Shown: piece by piece, positions 1 to 9,646 of the stretch | Layout: every line of letters starts with the position of its first letter | Position numbering within the stretch: the first letter of the stretch is position 1 | Assembly (NCBI GenBank): GCA_016463375.1 | Contig: JAEMRK010000004.1 | Coordinates: forward strand, 12,797 to 62,312 | Source of the DNA: Parachlamydiales bacterium | GTDB lineage: Bacteria > Chlamydiota > Chlamydiia > Chlamydiales > JAEMRK01 | DNA length: 49,516 nt | Direction: 5' to 3' | The notes under the pieces: generated by a model | The model's input: only the letters and a program-made list of their open reading frames with translations | Told to the model about the DNA's origin: nothing | Database searches by the model: none | Position numbers and translations under genes: made by a program

Positions 1-1580
1 GAATGCCATTCACTCAATATGTATTTTCCGCGTATAATAGCGCAGTAATCATTGCGCAAGCATACAGCCTGACGCTCAACATCATTCATTTTTATTTCGA
101 GTTCTTTAGTAATTCCTAGCAATTTCATCTGTTCATGGCATTCATTAACAGAATCATTTTCTCTTAAGGCTGCAGCTATTGCTTTTCTTTGCAATTGAGC
201 TAATGGTTGTAACCCTAATTTCGAACGAAATATAAGCTTAGTATAAAATTTTTCGTCTGTAACGGATAATTGCTCTATGAATTTATGTATTGGTAAAAGA
301 TCATTTTTTGTTTTTGCAGGGATTGATGTAAATTTTAAATGACCTTTTTTATCAAAAAAAACTTTGGACGGATCTAAATCAGCTGGTAAATACTCACTAT
401 TAACTAGCTCATTTAAAAATTGGATAAGTCCTTTCTCATAGATTTTGTAATTAGGTGCTGCTTTATCCCAAGAGCATAACATGGGTGATTTACCAAGTTT
501 TTCTTCAACGGTAAAAAGACCGTTTTCTGCTAATTGACGATCAGCTAAAGGCAATCCCCAATTACTTTTTTTCCTCTCTAATTGCTCAAGAGCTAGGCTG
601 GTTTCGTTCCTTAAACTGTAACGAACAACTATGCTGTCATTACCCTCAACATGAAAAACTAAATTTTGATCGTTGGCTTGTCTTTTAATCGATTTAAATG
701 GCAATCCCAGAGATAATATGTTCCCATGATCATTAACTTTTTCGGGATGTCTGCAATTAGCTTTTTTCAGTACCCATTTTTCATGTAACGGATCTTTTTG
801 CAAAAAAATTGGACATTCAAGCCGTTCTAAACTTTTATGAAGTTGATATTCGAGTTTGAAAAGCTCAGAATATCCTCCCCCATTTTTTTTCACGATTTGC
901 TTTAAACCATGATGCAATGTACGCACTGACAGAGAATTTTTTTTGTTTTTGTAAGATTTTGCAATAGCGTTCACTAGTGTTGAAGAATCCTCTATCTTAT
1001 CTAAGCTAGTTTTTCCCAACTGATTGAGAACGTCAATCTTAATTGGATTCTCGAGTTTGGACTCAAGTTCCATAATTTCAACTTCTTTTTGCAACCGATT
1101 GTAAAATCTACAAAAATCATCAACTTGTATTGGACTTGATTTTTGTATAGTCTGTGAAAAAACGCGGTTGATTTTAGTAATTGATTCTTTGATTGTTTCT
1201 GTATTATTGGAGCTGTTGGGATCAATGAGCTGACATAAAAGCATTAAAGAATCAACAGATCCTTTATCGCCATGCTCTCTTATGGCCAGTTCAGTATTAG
1301 CTATTGTTAACAATTTCGACCATTGCTCATAAACATTCAAAATTGTCTGATTCAATTTCTTATGTTTGTATTGGTCATTCTTATCGAACAAATGGATGAT
1401 GTTATAAATCCAGATCCACACTCTTCCATGCCTAGATTGAGTGCTTGAATAAAGTTTGTTGCTCCATGGTGAAGCAATAAGCTCAGAGTTTTTTTCACTT
1501 TTAATAAGTAATGGTAATGTTTGTTTTAAAGATAGGTATGATAGATCTGCGGATTTTTTTTGATTAACTGATGAATTCAT
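1..1580 (-). CDS. Large hypothetical protein (>526 aa, 3' end beyond window), degenerate kinase-like motif; candidate effector
   Basis: Not in the ORF track. Manual reading: ATG at 1580 (MNSSVNQKKSADLSYLSLKQ...) with no in-frame stop down to position 3 (...YILSEWH). Contains YLPADLDPSKVFFDKKGHLKFT at about 327-392. Confidence 0.85.
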   Translation of the reverse strand, partial: MNSSVNQKKSADLSYLSLKQTLPLLIKSEKNSELIASPWSNKLYSSTQSRHGRVWIWIYNIIHLFDKNDQYKHKKLNQTILNVYEQWSKLLTIANTELAIREHGDKGSVDSLMLLCQLIDPNSSNNTETIKESITKINRVFSQTIQKSSPIQVDDFCRFYNRLQKEVEIMELESKLENPIKIDVLNQLGKTSLDKIEDSSTLVNAIAKSYKNKKNSLSVRTLHHGLKQIVKKNGGGYSELFKLEYQLHKSLERLECPIFLQKDPLHEKWVLKKANCRHPEKVNDHGNILSLGLPFKSIKRQANDQNLVFHVEGNDSIVVRYSLRNETSLALEQLERKKSNWGLPLADRQLAENGLFTVEEKLGKSPMLCSWDKAAPNYKIYEKGLIQFLNELVNSEYLPADLDPSKVFFDKKGHLKFTSIPAKTKNDLLPIHKFIEQLSVTDEKFYTKLIFRSKLGLQPLAQLQRKAIAAALRENDSVNECHEQMKLLGITKELEIKMNDVERQAVCLRNDYCAIIRGKYILSEWH

Positions 1581-1703
1581 AAAATTACCCTGGTGATTGA
1601 AACTAACTTTTATATTTTTTTCGATTAAGACAAAATCATTTTTAACTTTTAATTTAAATAAAAAAATATTAATTAAATATTAATTTGAATTAAAAGAGAA
1701 AAA

Positions 1704-2363
1704 ATGAGCATTGATCCTAATATTACTTATGTAAATTTGAGAACAGGTCAAATTATAAAATATGAAGAAACAGATGAAGTAGATGAATCAATAAAAAATT
1801 TATTTAGTTTAGGTGAGGGAGTTGTCATCGATTTTTTCAATAACAAATTGAAAAATAAGATAACTGATATTGAAGAAAATTCTAAATTAGATGCATCTTC
1901 CAAAAAAACTGAAACAACTGCCTCAAATATTGTTTTTCCTATAACAGACAACGTATTAACAAGTATACCCAGAGGCAGTTTTTTACCTAACTCTCCCCTA
2001 CTACAATTTAATGATTCACCTAGAATGTCCCCAAGAAATTCGCCTAAAAATTCTCCAAAAAGATCATTGAGTCCATGTCCTCAGTCTTTCATTATTAATT
2101 TGGAAAATATCTCTGCAGTGGCTTTATTTTTTTTTATAAAATTCAATGAATTAGGATATTCAAAATTTTTACATTACATGGATAGTAATAAAGATTTTTC
2201 TTTAAGTGATCTTAAATCTGCTGCTGATAGCGCTAAGAATTACCATAGAGCAATCATAGATCCTTATGTCATGCGAAACCTAACTCAAAGAGCCAAAAAT
2301 TCAGTCTCTGCTGCCAAAAAAAATGCTGAAGAGTTTGGGAAGCATTACAAATCTGTATTATAG
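1704..2363 (+). CDS. Hypothetical protein with tandem SP[RK]x motifs
   Basis: 219-aa ORF divergent from the 1..1580 gene; segment SPRMSPRNSPKNSPKRSLSP; no family recognised. Confidence 0.75.
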   Translation: MSIDPNITYVNLRTGQIIKYEETDEVDESIKNLFSLGEGVVIDFFNNKLKNKITDIEENSKLDASSKKTETTASNIVFPITDNVLTSIPRGSFLPNSPLLQFNDSPRMSPRNSPKNSPKRSLSPCPQSFIINLENISAVALFFFIKFNELGYSKFLHYMDSNKDFSLSDLKSAADSAKNYHRAIIDPYVMRNLTQRAKNSVSAAKKNAEEFGKHYKSVL

Positions 2364-2420
2364 ATAACAAATCGACAGTTAAGTTATAATAAACCTTCTA
2401 ATTTGCCCGCTGGATGTTAA

Positions 2421-3806
2421 ATGAAAATTTTAGTTATTGGCACAGGTTATGTTGGTTTAGTCACTGGAAGTTGCTTTGCAGAGATGGGTCACCATGTCAC
2501 ATGCCTTGATGTAGATACTAAAAAACTAGCTCTTTTGAAAAAGGGTACAATCCCTATTTACGAACCAGGTCTGGAAGAAATTGTTAAACGCAATATTAAG
2601 TCAGGGCGCCTGCTCTTTTCAAATAACTATCAAGAATCCGTTGATGATGCTCAATTTTGCTTCTTAGCCCTTCCGACTCCTTGTAAAGCGGGTGGTGAAT
2701 GTGATCTCACTTACATTGAGCAAGCAATTGTCGAAATCGCTTTGCACATGAAAGAGCACAAAGTAATTGTCAACAAATCAACTGTGCCAGTTGGTACCAA
2801 TGAAGCTGTTCGTCAACTTTTATCTGATATGTTGGCAAACCATGGTAAAGACATATCATTTGATGTTGTCTCAAACCCTGAGTTTTTAAAAGAAGGGGAT
2901 GCTGTTAACGATTTCATGAAACCAGATCGTATTGTTTTAGGTGTTGAGAGTCCATCTGTCGAAAAACTAATGAGAGAGTTGTACGCGCCATTTAACATCA
3001 ATCATGAACGCATATTGGTCATGGATCCAATTTCTGCAGAGATGACTAAATATGCTGCTAATGCCATGTTAGCAACACGTATATCCTTTATGAATGAACT
3101 AGCCGGACTTTGTGAAAAAACGGGCGCTAACATTAACTTAATTCGTAAAGGATTGGGGTCTGATTCTCGTATTGGTTACAGCTTTTTATACGCAGGTGTT
3201 GGATATGGTGGATCGTGTTTTCCTAAAGACATTAAAGCCTTAATGTCTAAAGCAGAAACACTAGATCATCCATTATCTATTCTTCAAGCAGTTGAAAGCG
3301 TGAATACACGTCAAAAAAAATTGTTAGCTGAAAAGATAAAAAACTATTTTCAAAACGATTTAAGTGGAAAAACTCTTGCTATTTGGGGATTATCATTTAA
3401 ACCTGGCACGGACGATATGCGTGAAGCGACATCCCTTGTACTGATACAAGAGATGTTAGAACTTGGTGTGACTTTGCGTTTATTTGATCCTGTCGCCATG
3501 AACAACGCCAAGAAGTTATTACCTCATCCAGATCTCATTTGGTGCCAAGATGAAAATGAAGCTGCTATAGGCGCTGACGCTATCGTTCTTGTAACTGAGT
3601 GGAAACAGTTCCGTTTTGCAGAATTTGAAGAAATAAAAAAAGTATTGAAAGGTTATGTTATTTTTGATGGTCGCAATCAATACAATCCTAAAGAGATGTT
3701 TAGTAAAGGATTTGATTATATTGGAATAGGTCAACCTTCATTACTTAATGATCAAACTGGCCAATCAGAAGAAGATTTCTTAGAAGAAGAGGCCTTTTAC
3801 CCTTGA
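2421..3806 (+). CDS. ugd: UDP-glucose 6-dehydrogenase
   Basis: GTGYVG Rossmann motif, KSTVPVGT, SNPEFLKEG, catalytic GYGGSCFPKD, DGRN near the C-terminus. Confidence 0.96.
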   Translation: MKILVIGTGYVGLVTGSCFAEMGHHVTCLDVDTKKLALLKKGTIPIYEPGLEEIVKRNIKSGRLLFSNNYQESVDDAQFCFLALPTPCKAGGECDLTYIEQAIVEIALHMKEHKVIVNKSTVPVGTNEAVRQLLSDMLANHGKDISFDVVSNPEFLKEGDAVNDFMKPDRIVLGVESPSVEKLMRELYAPFNINHERILVMDPISAEMTKYAANAMLATRISFMNELAGLCEKTGANINLIRKGLGSDSRIGYSFLYAGVGYGGSCFPKDIKALMSKAETLDHPLSILQAVESVNTRQKKLLAEKIKNYFQNDLSGKTLAIWGLSFKPGTDDMREATSLVLIQEMLELGVTLRLFDPVAMNNAKKLLPHPDLIWCQDENEAAIGADAIVLVTEWKQFRFAEFEEIKKVLKGYVIFDGRNQYNPKEMFSKGFDYIGIGQPSLLNDQTGQSEEDFLEEEAFYP

Positions 3807-4804
3807 TTAATCAACGATTCAATCAAAACGTACTAGTCACAGGTGGTGCGGGTTACATTGGATCGCACACTTGTAAGGCCTTATTTGAAGAGGGATACAC
3901 TCCAGTTGTAATCGATAATTTAGTGACTGGTCATGAATGGGCAGTTAAATGGGGTCCTTTAGAAAAGGGATCATTTGGCGATTCACAATTCATTACTGAT
4001 CTTATAGCTCGTTATAACCCAATAGCCATTTTGCATTTTGCGGCATCTATTGATGTTGCAGAATCTGTTAAAGACCCCTTTAAATATTATCAAAACAACA
4101 CAATCAATACGTTTGAGCTTCTCAAAGTCATTAAAACTAATCCCATACCTTTTATCTTTTCAAGCACATGTGCAACTTATGGCACACCCTTGCAACCAAC
4201 ACTTGATGAAAATCATCTTCAAAATCCAATCAATCCCTACGGTTCTTCAAAATTAATGGTTGAAAAGATGTTGATCGATGCCAGTCGCATCTTTAATATC
4301 CCTTACACCATTCTTCGATACTTTAATGCTTGTGGCGCCGATTCAGCATGTGAAATTGGTGAAAGCCATCCTATTGAAACACATCTTATTCCTCTTACTG
4401 TGCAAGCAGCGCTTGGACAGCGTACTTCATTAACTGTTTTTGGTACTGATTATGAAACACCCGACGGCAGTTGTATAAGAGATTATATTCACGTTACAGA
4501 TTTAGCTAATGCTCATATTTTAGCATTGAAGAGATTGCTCAATCAGCAATCTAGTGAATGTATAAACTTAGGCATTGGCCATGGCTACTCAGTATTAGAA
4601 ATTACCGAATTAGTAAAAAAAATAACAGGTAGTGATTTTAAAGTTGAATATGCTGACAGAAGGGCTGGCGACCCAGCTATTCTCATTGCAAATGCGTCTA
4701 AGGCGCTAAAGCTTTTACGCTTTATGCCAAAACATTCTAATCTTACCAACATCATACAAACAGCTTGGTCATGGCAACTTAAAGAGAGTTTGGCATGCAA
4801 ATAG
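3803..4804 (+). CDS. galE: UDP-glucose 4-epimerase
   Basis: GGAGYIGSH, FSSTCATYG, YGSSK (YxxxK), LRYFNA, IRDYIHVTDLA; TTG start overlaps the ugd stop. Confidence 0.95.
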   Translation: MINQRFNQNVLVTGGAGYIGSHTCKALFEEGYTPVVIDNLVTGHEWAVKWGPLEKGSFGDSQFITDLIARYNPIAILHFAASIDVAESVKDPFKYYQNNTINTFELLKVIKTNPIPFIFSSTCATYGTPLQPTLDENHLQNPINPYGSSKLMVEKMLIDASRIFNIPYTILRYFNACGADSACEIGESHPIETHLIPLTVQAALGQRTSLTVFGTDYETPDGSCIRDYIHVTDLANAHILALKRLLNQQSSECINLGIGHGYSVLEITELVKKITGSDFKVEYADRRAGDPAILIANASKALKLLRFMPKHSNLTNIIQTAWSWQLKESLACK

Positions 4805-5910
4805 ATTACTTAATTGTAGGCGCTGGATTTTCTGGATGTGTGATTGCTGAAAGGCTTGCTCGTGAAAAAAGTAAAAGCGTTTTAATCATCGATAAAAGAT
4901 CTCATATTGGTGGAAACGCTTATGATTACTATGATGAAAGTGGAATACTAGTTCACAAGTATGGACCCCACATTTTTCATACAAATTTGAATGAAGTCTT
5001 CGAATACCTAAGCCAATTTACTGAGTGGATTCCTTATGAGCATCGAGTGAGGTGCATGGTCGAAGGTAAAAGCTACCCTTTTCCGATTAATCGATCGACC
5101 ATTAATGCACTGTTTGGTCTAAAACTTGAAACTGAAGAAGAAGTTGAAGCTTTTTATGCCTCACAAAGAGAGCCAATAACAAATCCTACTAACGCAGAAG
5201 AGCGGGTTTTAGCAACTTTAGGCCGCAAGCTTTATGAAACTTTTTATGAGAGTTACACTAAAAAGCAATGGGGTATTGATCCTAAAGAATTAAATGCTCA
5301 AGTTACAGCGCGTATTCCCTATAGATTAAACAATGATGATCGCTATTTTCAAGATCGCTATCAAATGATGCCCAAAGACGGCTATACGGCGATGTTTAAA
5401 AAGATGCTCGATCATCCGCTCATTCAAGTTCAACTCAATTGCGATTATTTTCAGTTACCATCTTCAATTTCGTACAAGCATTTAATTTACACAGGACCAA
5501 TCGATCAATTTTTTAATTATTGTTATGGACCACTTCCTTATCGCAGCGTTAAGTTTTCTTTAAAAACGCTAGATCAAGATAGCGCGCAAGAAGTTGGCAC
5601 AGTTAATTTTCCTAATGACCATGACTACACACGATGCACCGAATTTAAAAAATTAACGGGCCAACAAACAGATAAAACAACAATTGCTTACGAGTATCCA
5701 GATACACCAGAAAATTGCGATAACGAGCTTTATTACCCTATTCCCACAAAAAACAGCGATGCTTTGTACAAACGCTATTCTCTTCTTGCGCATCAACTAA
5801 AAAACGTCAGTTTTTTAGGCCGATTGGGAGATTTCAAATATTACAATATGGATCATGCCGTTATGCGTGCTCTTAAATTTTTTAAAAATGAGCTATCACA
5901 CCATGAGTAA
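4795..5910 (+). CDS. glf: UDP-galactopyranose mutase
   Basis: GAGFSG FAD motif, HIGGNAYD, HKYGPHIFHT, YTKKQWG, GRLGDFKYYNMD. Confidence 0.95.
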   Translation: MQIDYLIVGAGFSGCVIAERLAREKSKSVLIIDKRSHIGGNAYDYYDESGILVHKYGPHIFHTNLNEVFEYLSQFTEWIPYEHRVRCMVEGKSYPFPINRSTINALFGLKLETEEEVEAFYASQREPITNPTNAEERVLATLGRKLYETFYESYTKKQWGIDPKELNAQVTARIPYRLNNDDRYFQDRYQMMPKDGYTAMFKKMLDHPLIQVQLNCDYFQLPSSISYKHLIYTGPIDQFFNYCYGPLPYRSVKFSLKTLDQDSAQEVGTVNFPNDHDYTRCTEFKKLTGQQTDKTTIAYEYPDTPENCDNELYYPIPTKNSDALYKRYSLLAHQLKNVSFLGRLGDFKYYNMDHAVMRALKFFKNELSHHE

Positions 5911-6853
5911 AGTGCTATTAGTAACCGGCTGCGCCGGTTTTATAGGAATGCATGCTGCATTATATGCAAAACGCCGTGGAGATAAGGTGATAGGGCTTGA
6001 TCACTTTAATGACTACTACGCTATTAAACTGAAACGCGATCGCGAAAAAATTCTTAAAGACAATGGCATCGATGTCATTGATTGCGATGTTTGTGATCAA
6101 AAAAAATTAGAACAAATCATTGAAGAACATAAAATCACACATTTTCTCCATTTAGCTGCTCAAGCCGGTGTTAGGTATTCTCTAGAAAATCCCAACGCTT
6201 ATTTACATAGTAATGTAAATGGCTTTACAAGTGTTTTGGAAGCTATTCGCAAATTCCCACACATACCCCTCATTTACGCATCGTCTTCTTCTGTTTATGG
6301 CACTAACGACAAGCTCCCTTTTTCTGTAGATGACACAACGGATCATCCAGCCAACTTTTATGGTGCTACAAAAAAAGCCAATGAAGTGATGGCCTATTCC
6401 TACCACCATTTGTTTAAAATCAAAGTGACAGGTCTCAGATTTTTCACAGTCTATGGACCATGGGGCAGACCTGATATGGCTTACTATTCATTTGCTGAAG
6501 CCATAAAAAAAGGTATTCCTATCAATGTCTTTAATAATGGAAATATGAGCCGCGATTTCACGTACATTGATGATATCGTTGAAGGTACATTATCTGCTGT
6601 CGATCATGCTTATGATTGTGAGCTATTCAATTTAGGTGACAATGATCCACAGGATCTTGGCACCATGATTGAATACATTGAAAATGCATTGAATAAAAAA
6701 GCGATTATAAATTACTTGCCAATGCAGCAAGGAGATATGCTCAGCACGTATGCAGACATTTCTCATTCACAATTAAAACTTAAATTTCAGCCGAAGACAC
6801 CTTTAAAAGACGGCATTAATCAATTTATAGAGTGGTTTAAAAATTATGAATAA
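5903..6853 (+). CDS. UDP-glucuronate 4-epimerase (NAD-dependent epimerase, GAE/LpsL/WcaG type)
   Basis: GCAGFIG, HLAAQAGVRYS, YASSSSVYG, YGATK, RFFTVYGPWGRPDMA. Start moved to ATG 5903 (MSKVLLVTG), which overlaps the glf stop. Confidence 0.92.
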   Translation: MSKVLLVTGCAGFIGMHAALYAKRRGDKVIGLDHFNDYYAIKLKRDREKILKDNGIDVIDCDVCDQKKLEQIIEEHKITHFLHLAAQAGVRYSLENPNAYLHSNVNGFTSVLEAIRKFPHIPLIYASSSSVYGTNDKLPFSVDDTTDHPANFYGATKKANEVMAYSYHHLFKIKVTGLRFFTVYGPWGRPDMAYYSFAEAIKKGIPINVFNNGNMSRDFTYIDDIVEGTLSAVDHAYDCELFNLGDNDPQDLGTMIEYIENALNKKAIINYLPMQQGDMLSTYADISHSQLKLKFQPKTPLKDGINQFIEWFKNYE

Positions 6854-7304
6854 ACTCCCCTCCTTTTCTTTAAAAGACTCTCAAGGAAATATACATAGCA
6901 ATCAAGATTGCCAAGGTTGTTACACACTACTTTATTTTTATCCTAAAGACGACACTACAGGTTGTACAAAACAAGCATGTCTTTATCGTGATCTTAAAGT
7001 TGAACTTCTTGAAAAAGGGATAAAAATTATAGGGGTTAATCCAGCACCGTCTCATCAAAAATTTGAAACCAAATACGAATTGAATTTCCCCATTTTGTGT
7101 GATGATCAGCTTGATCTATGTAAAAAAATGGAAGTCTGGAAAGAAAAATCGATGTATGGCCGCAAATATATGGGTGTTGAACGCTCATGTTTTTTAATAA
7201 ACCCTGATGGAATCATCGTTTGGGAAAAAAGAAATGTTTCGCTTGCAGGTCATCAAGAAGAATTGTTAAAAGTGGTAGAGACATTTCTCATACACAATAA
7301 CTAA
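6846..7304 (+). CDS. bcp: Peroxiredoxin, BCP/PrxQ family
   Basis: YFYPKDDTTGCTKQAC (PxxxTxxC plus resolving Cys); KSMYGRKYMGVERS. Confidence 0.9.
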   Translation: MNKLPSFSLKDSQGNIHSNQDCQGCYTLLYFYPKDDTTGCTKQACLYRDLKVELLEKGIKIIGVNPAPSHQKFETKYELNFPILCDDQLDLCKKMEVWKEKSMYGRKYMGVERSCFLINPDGIIVWEKRNVSLAGHQEELLKVVETFLIHNN

Positions 7305-7314
7305 GGACATAACT

Positions 7315-7809
7315 ATGACATTGAAAAAAGGCGATCGCGCACCCGATTTTGAATTAACCACTAAAGCAAAAGATGGTCCAAAAAAACTAAAATTGTCGGA
7401 TAACTACGGAAAAAAAAATACAGTTCTTTTATTTTTCCCTATGGCTTTTACCGGCGGTTGCACTCAAGAAATGTGTGATGTCAGCAAAGGCCTTCACAAT
7501 CTCGATCAAGATAATTCAATAGTATGGGGCATCAGCGGAGATAACCCTTTTTCTCAAGAAGCTTGGGCTCAAAAAGAACATATCACAGTATCTCTGCTAT
7601 CCGATTACGATCATGCTGTTACAAAAGATTACGGTGTTGCCTATGAAAGCTTTTTACCTGACCATAACTTAGGTATGAAAGATGTTCCTAAACGTGCTGC
7701 ATTTGTAGTCGGTAAAGACGGTACCATACAATATGCAGAATCAAATGATGATCCACACTTAATGCCAGATTTTAAAAAAATCGTTGAGGTTTTAAAATCT
7801 TTACAATGA
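7315..7809 (+). CDS. Peroxiredoxin (AhpC/TSA family, AhpE-like)
   Basis: GDRAPDF, FFPMAFTGGCTQEMC, GISGD, LLSD, RAAFVV; AAGGA RBS upstream. Confidence 0.88.
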   Translation: MTLKKGDRAPDFELTTKAKDGPKKLKLSDNYGKKNTVLLFFPMAFTGGCTQEMCDVSKGLHNLDQDNSIVWGISGDNPFSQEAWAQKEHITVSLLSDYDHAVTKDYGVAYESFLPDHNLGMKDVPKRAAFVVGKDGTIQYAESNDDPHLMPDFKKIVEVLKSLQ

Positions 7810-8546
7810 TTAGCGTTACCATACTCACAAAAAATTCACAAAGGCATCTCAAAGCTGTCTTAGATTCTTTAAGATCTTTTGATGAAATCATTGTTTTAGA
7901 TAATGGATCAGACGATCAAACTTTGGATATTGCTCAGCAATATCCAAATGTTCGTATTCATAAAACGCCATTTATAGGTTTTGGTCCCCTGCACAATCAG
8001 GCATCGAATTTAGCTAAACACGATTGGATATTATCAATAGACAGTGATGAAATTTTAAGTGAGGGTCTTTTGCATGAAATTCAATCTTTAAATCTTAATG
8101 CTGATGCTATTTATTCATTTCCAAGACATACCTACTACAGAGGTAAGTTAATTCGGGGGTGTGGCTGGTATCCAGATCGAATTGTACGAATTTATAATCG
8201 TAAAAAAACACAGTTTTCAAATGATCAAGTTCATGAACGTATTTTAAAAGATGGTTTATTAGAAATTAGGCTCAAAGAGCCAATTATCCACTACTCCTAC
8301 ACAACGATTAGTGATTTTTTATCTAAGATGCAAAGTTACTCTGAACTTTTCGCAAAAAATTATAGGGGCAAAAAAAAATCATCGCCATTGATAGCGTTAA
8401 CACATTCTGCTGGAGCTTTCTTTAAAAGCTATTTTTTAAAGCGCGGGATTTGGGATGGGTATGCAGGATTTTTAATCTCATTTTATCAAGCTCATACAGC
8501 CTTTTACAAATATTTAAAGCTTTATGAAGCGAATAAAGACATTTAA
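7806..8546 (+). CDS. GT2 glycosyltransferase (WaaE/KdtX-like LPS core glucosyltransferase)
   Basis: ISVTILTKN, DNGSDDQT, WILSIDSDE, GWYPD..R, VHE, LKRGIWDG. Confidence 0.88.
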   Translation: MISVTILTKNSQRHLKAVLDSLRSFDEIIVLDNGSDDQTLDIAQQYPNVRIHKTPFIGFGPLHNQASNLAKHDWILSIDSDEILSEGLLHEIQSLNLNADAIYSFPRHTYYRGKLIRGCGWYPDRIVRIYNRKKTQFSNDQVHERILKDGLLEIRLKEPIIHYSYTTISDFLSKMQSYSELFAKNYRGKKKSSPLIALTHSAGAFFKSYFLKRGIWDGYAGFLISFYQAHTAFYKYLKLYEANKDI

Positions 8547-8551
8547 TATCT

Positions 8552-9646
8552 TTAGGTTAATAATTTTTTATAAATCGCTTCCATCTGGTCCAAAGTCTTA
8601 TTAAAAGTAAATTTATCCTCTACTAAACTTTTAGCGTTTTTTCCAAATTTAATCCGTTTACTTTTATCAACAGCTAAATCCATTACAGCATTGGCAACTT
8701 CATATGGGCTAGCAGGGCTTACTAAAATACCAGTTTGATTATTAATACAAACTTCTTTTAGCCCGCCTACAGGTGTTGTCACTAACGGCTTTTCTAAATA
8801 AGCTGCTTGCAAGCTTGCTTGGCTGACACCCTCACTTGCTGTACTTAGCAAAACAAAGATGTCAAATGATGCAATTGCTGTGTAAGGCGGTGTTAAATAT
8901 CCTGTAAATATTACAGAATTTTCAAGACCAAGTTCTCGACACTCTTTTTGAAAACGCCCTTCAGATGCTTCGTTACCAACTATCATCCATTTGAGATGTG
9001 TATGATCTTGCAACTTCTTTGCAGCCTGCAAAAAATCTGAAATTCCTTTCCAGCTGCGTAGCACGCAAGCTGTTCCAATTAAGCAATCATCATCTTTAAT
9101 GCCCCATTGATCGCGGAATTTTTTCACATCTTCTTGAGACACTTGTAATACTGATGGATCAACACCTGTCGGTATTGAGCAACATCTATTTTCAGTTAAA
9201 TCAGCTTGTAGACATATCGTATCAGCAGTTTCTTGACATGTCGTGACAACTTGATCGGCCAAGTGATTATAAACAATTTTGGAATTAAGGCCTGTGCGTA
9301 TATTTGAAGAGATATGCCTTGTTCGAATCACACGAGCTCCAGAAACTCTTGCTGCAATACCAGCAAGCCAAGCATCTTTGGATGAATGAGTATTCACAAT
9401 GTGATATTGCTCTTTTTTAAATAAACGAGATAGCTGCATGATGTTTTTTATTCTCGAACCTTTAAAAGGTATTTCGTGAACTACAAATCCTTCGGCACGA
9501 GCTTTTTCAATCAGCTTGCCGCCACTAATGACAGCTAACTCTACATCATAACCTCTTAGTCGCATGCCAATTGCTTCTCGCAGCACACGCATCTCTTGAC
9601 CACCCCAACCACTAGATGCTTCAGTATGTAAAATTCTAATTTTCAT
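8552..9646 (-). CDS. GT4 (GT-B fold) glycosyltransferase
   Basis: MKIRILHTEASSGWGGQE, NTHSSKD, RTRH, EGVSQASLQA. Start set at ATG 9646, which overlaps the mutY stop, instead of 9757. Confidence 0.9.
   Translation of the reverse strand: MKIRILHTEASSGWGGQEMRVLREAIGMRLRGYDVELAVISGGKLIEKARAEGFVVHEIPFKGSRIKNIMQLSRLFKKEQYHIVNTHSSKDAWLAGIAARVSGARVIRTRHISSNIRTGLNSKIVYNHLADQVVTTCQETADTICLQADLTENRCCSIPTGVDPSVLQVSQEDVKKFRDQWGIKDDDCLIGTACVLRSWKGISDFLQAAKKLQDHTHLKWMIVGNEASEGRFQKECRELGLENSVIFTGYLTPPYTAIASFDIFVLLSTASEGVSQASLQAAYLEKPLVTTPVGGLKEVCINNQTGILVSPASPYEVANAVMDLAVDKSKRIKFGKNAKSLVEDKFTFNKTLDQMEAIYKKLLT

Noticed and set aside
1001-1225. 74-aa minus-strand ORF in the track
   Set aside because: It lies out of frame inside the longer open frame <1..1580 on the same strand.
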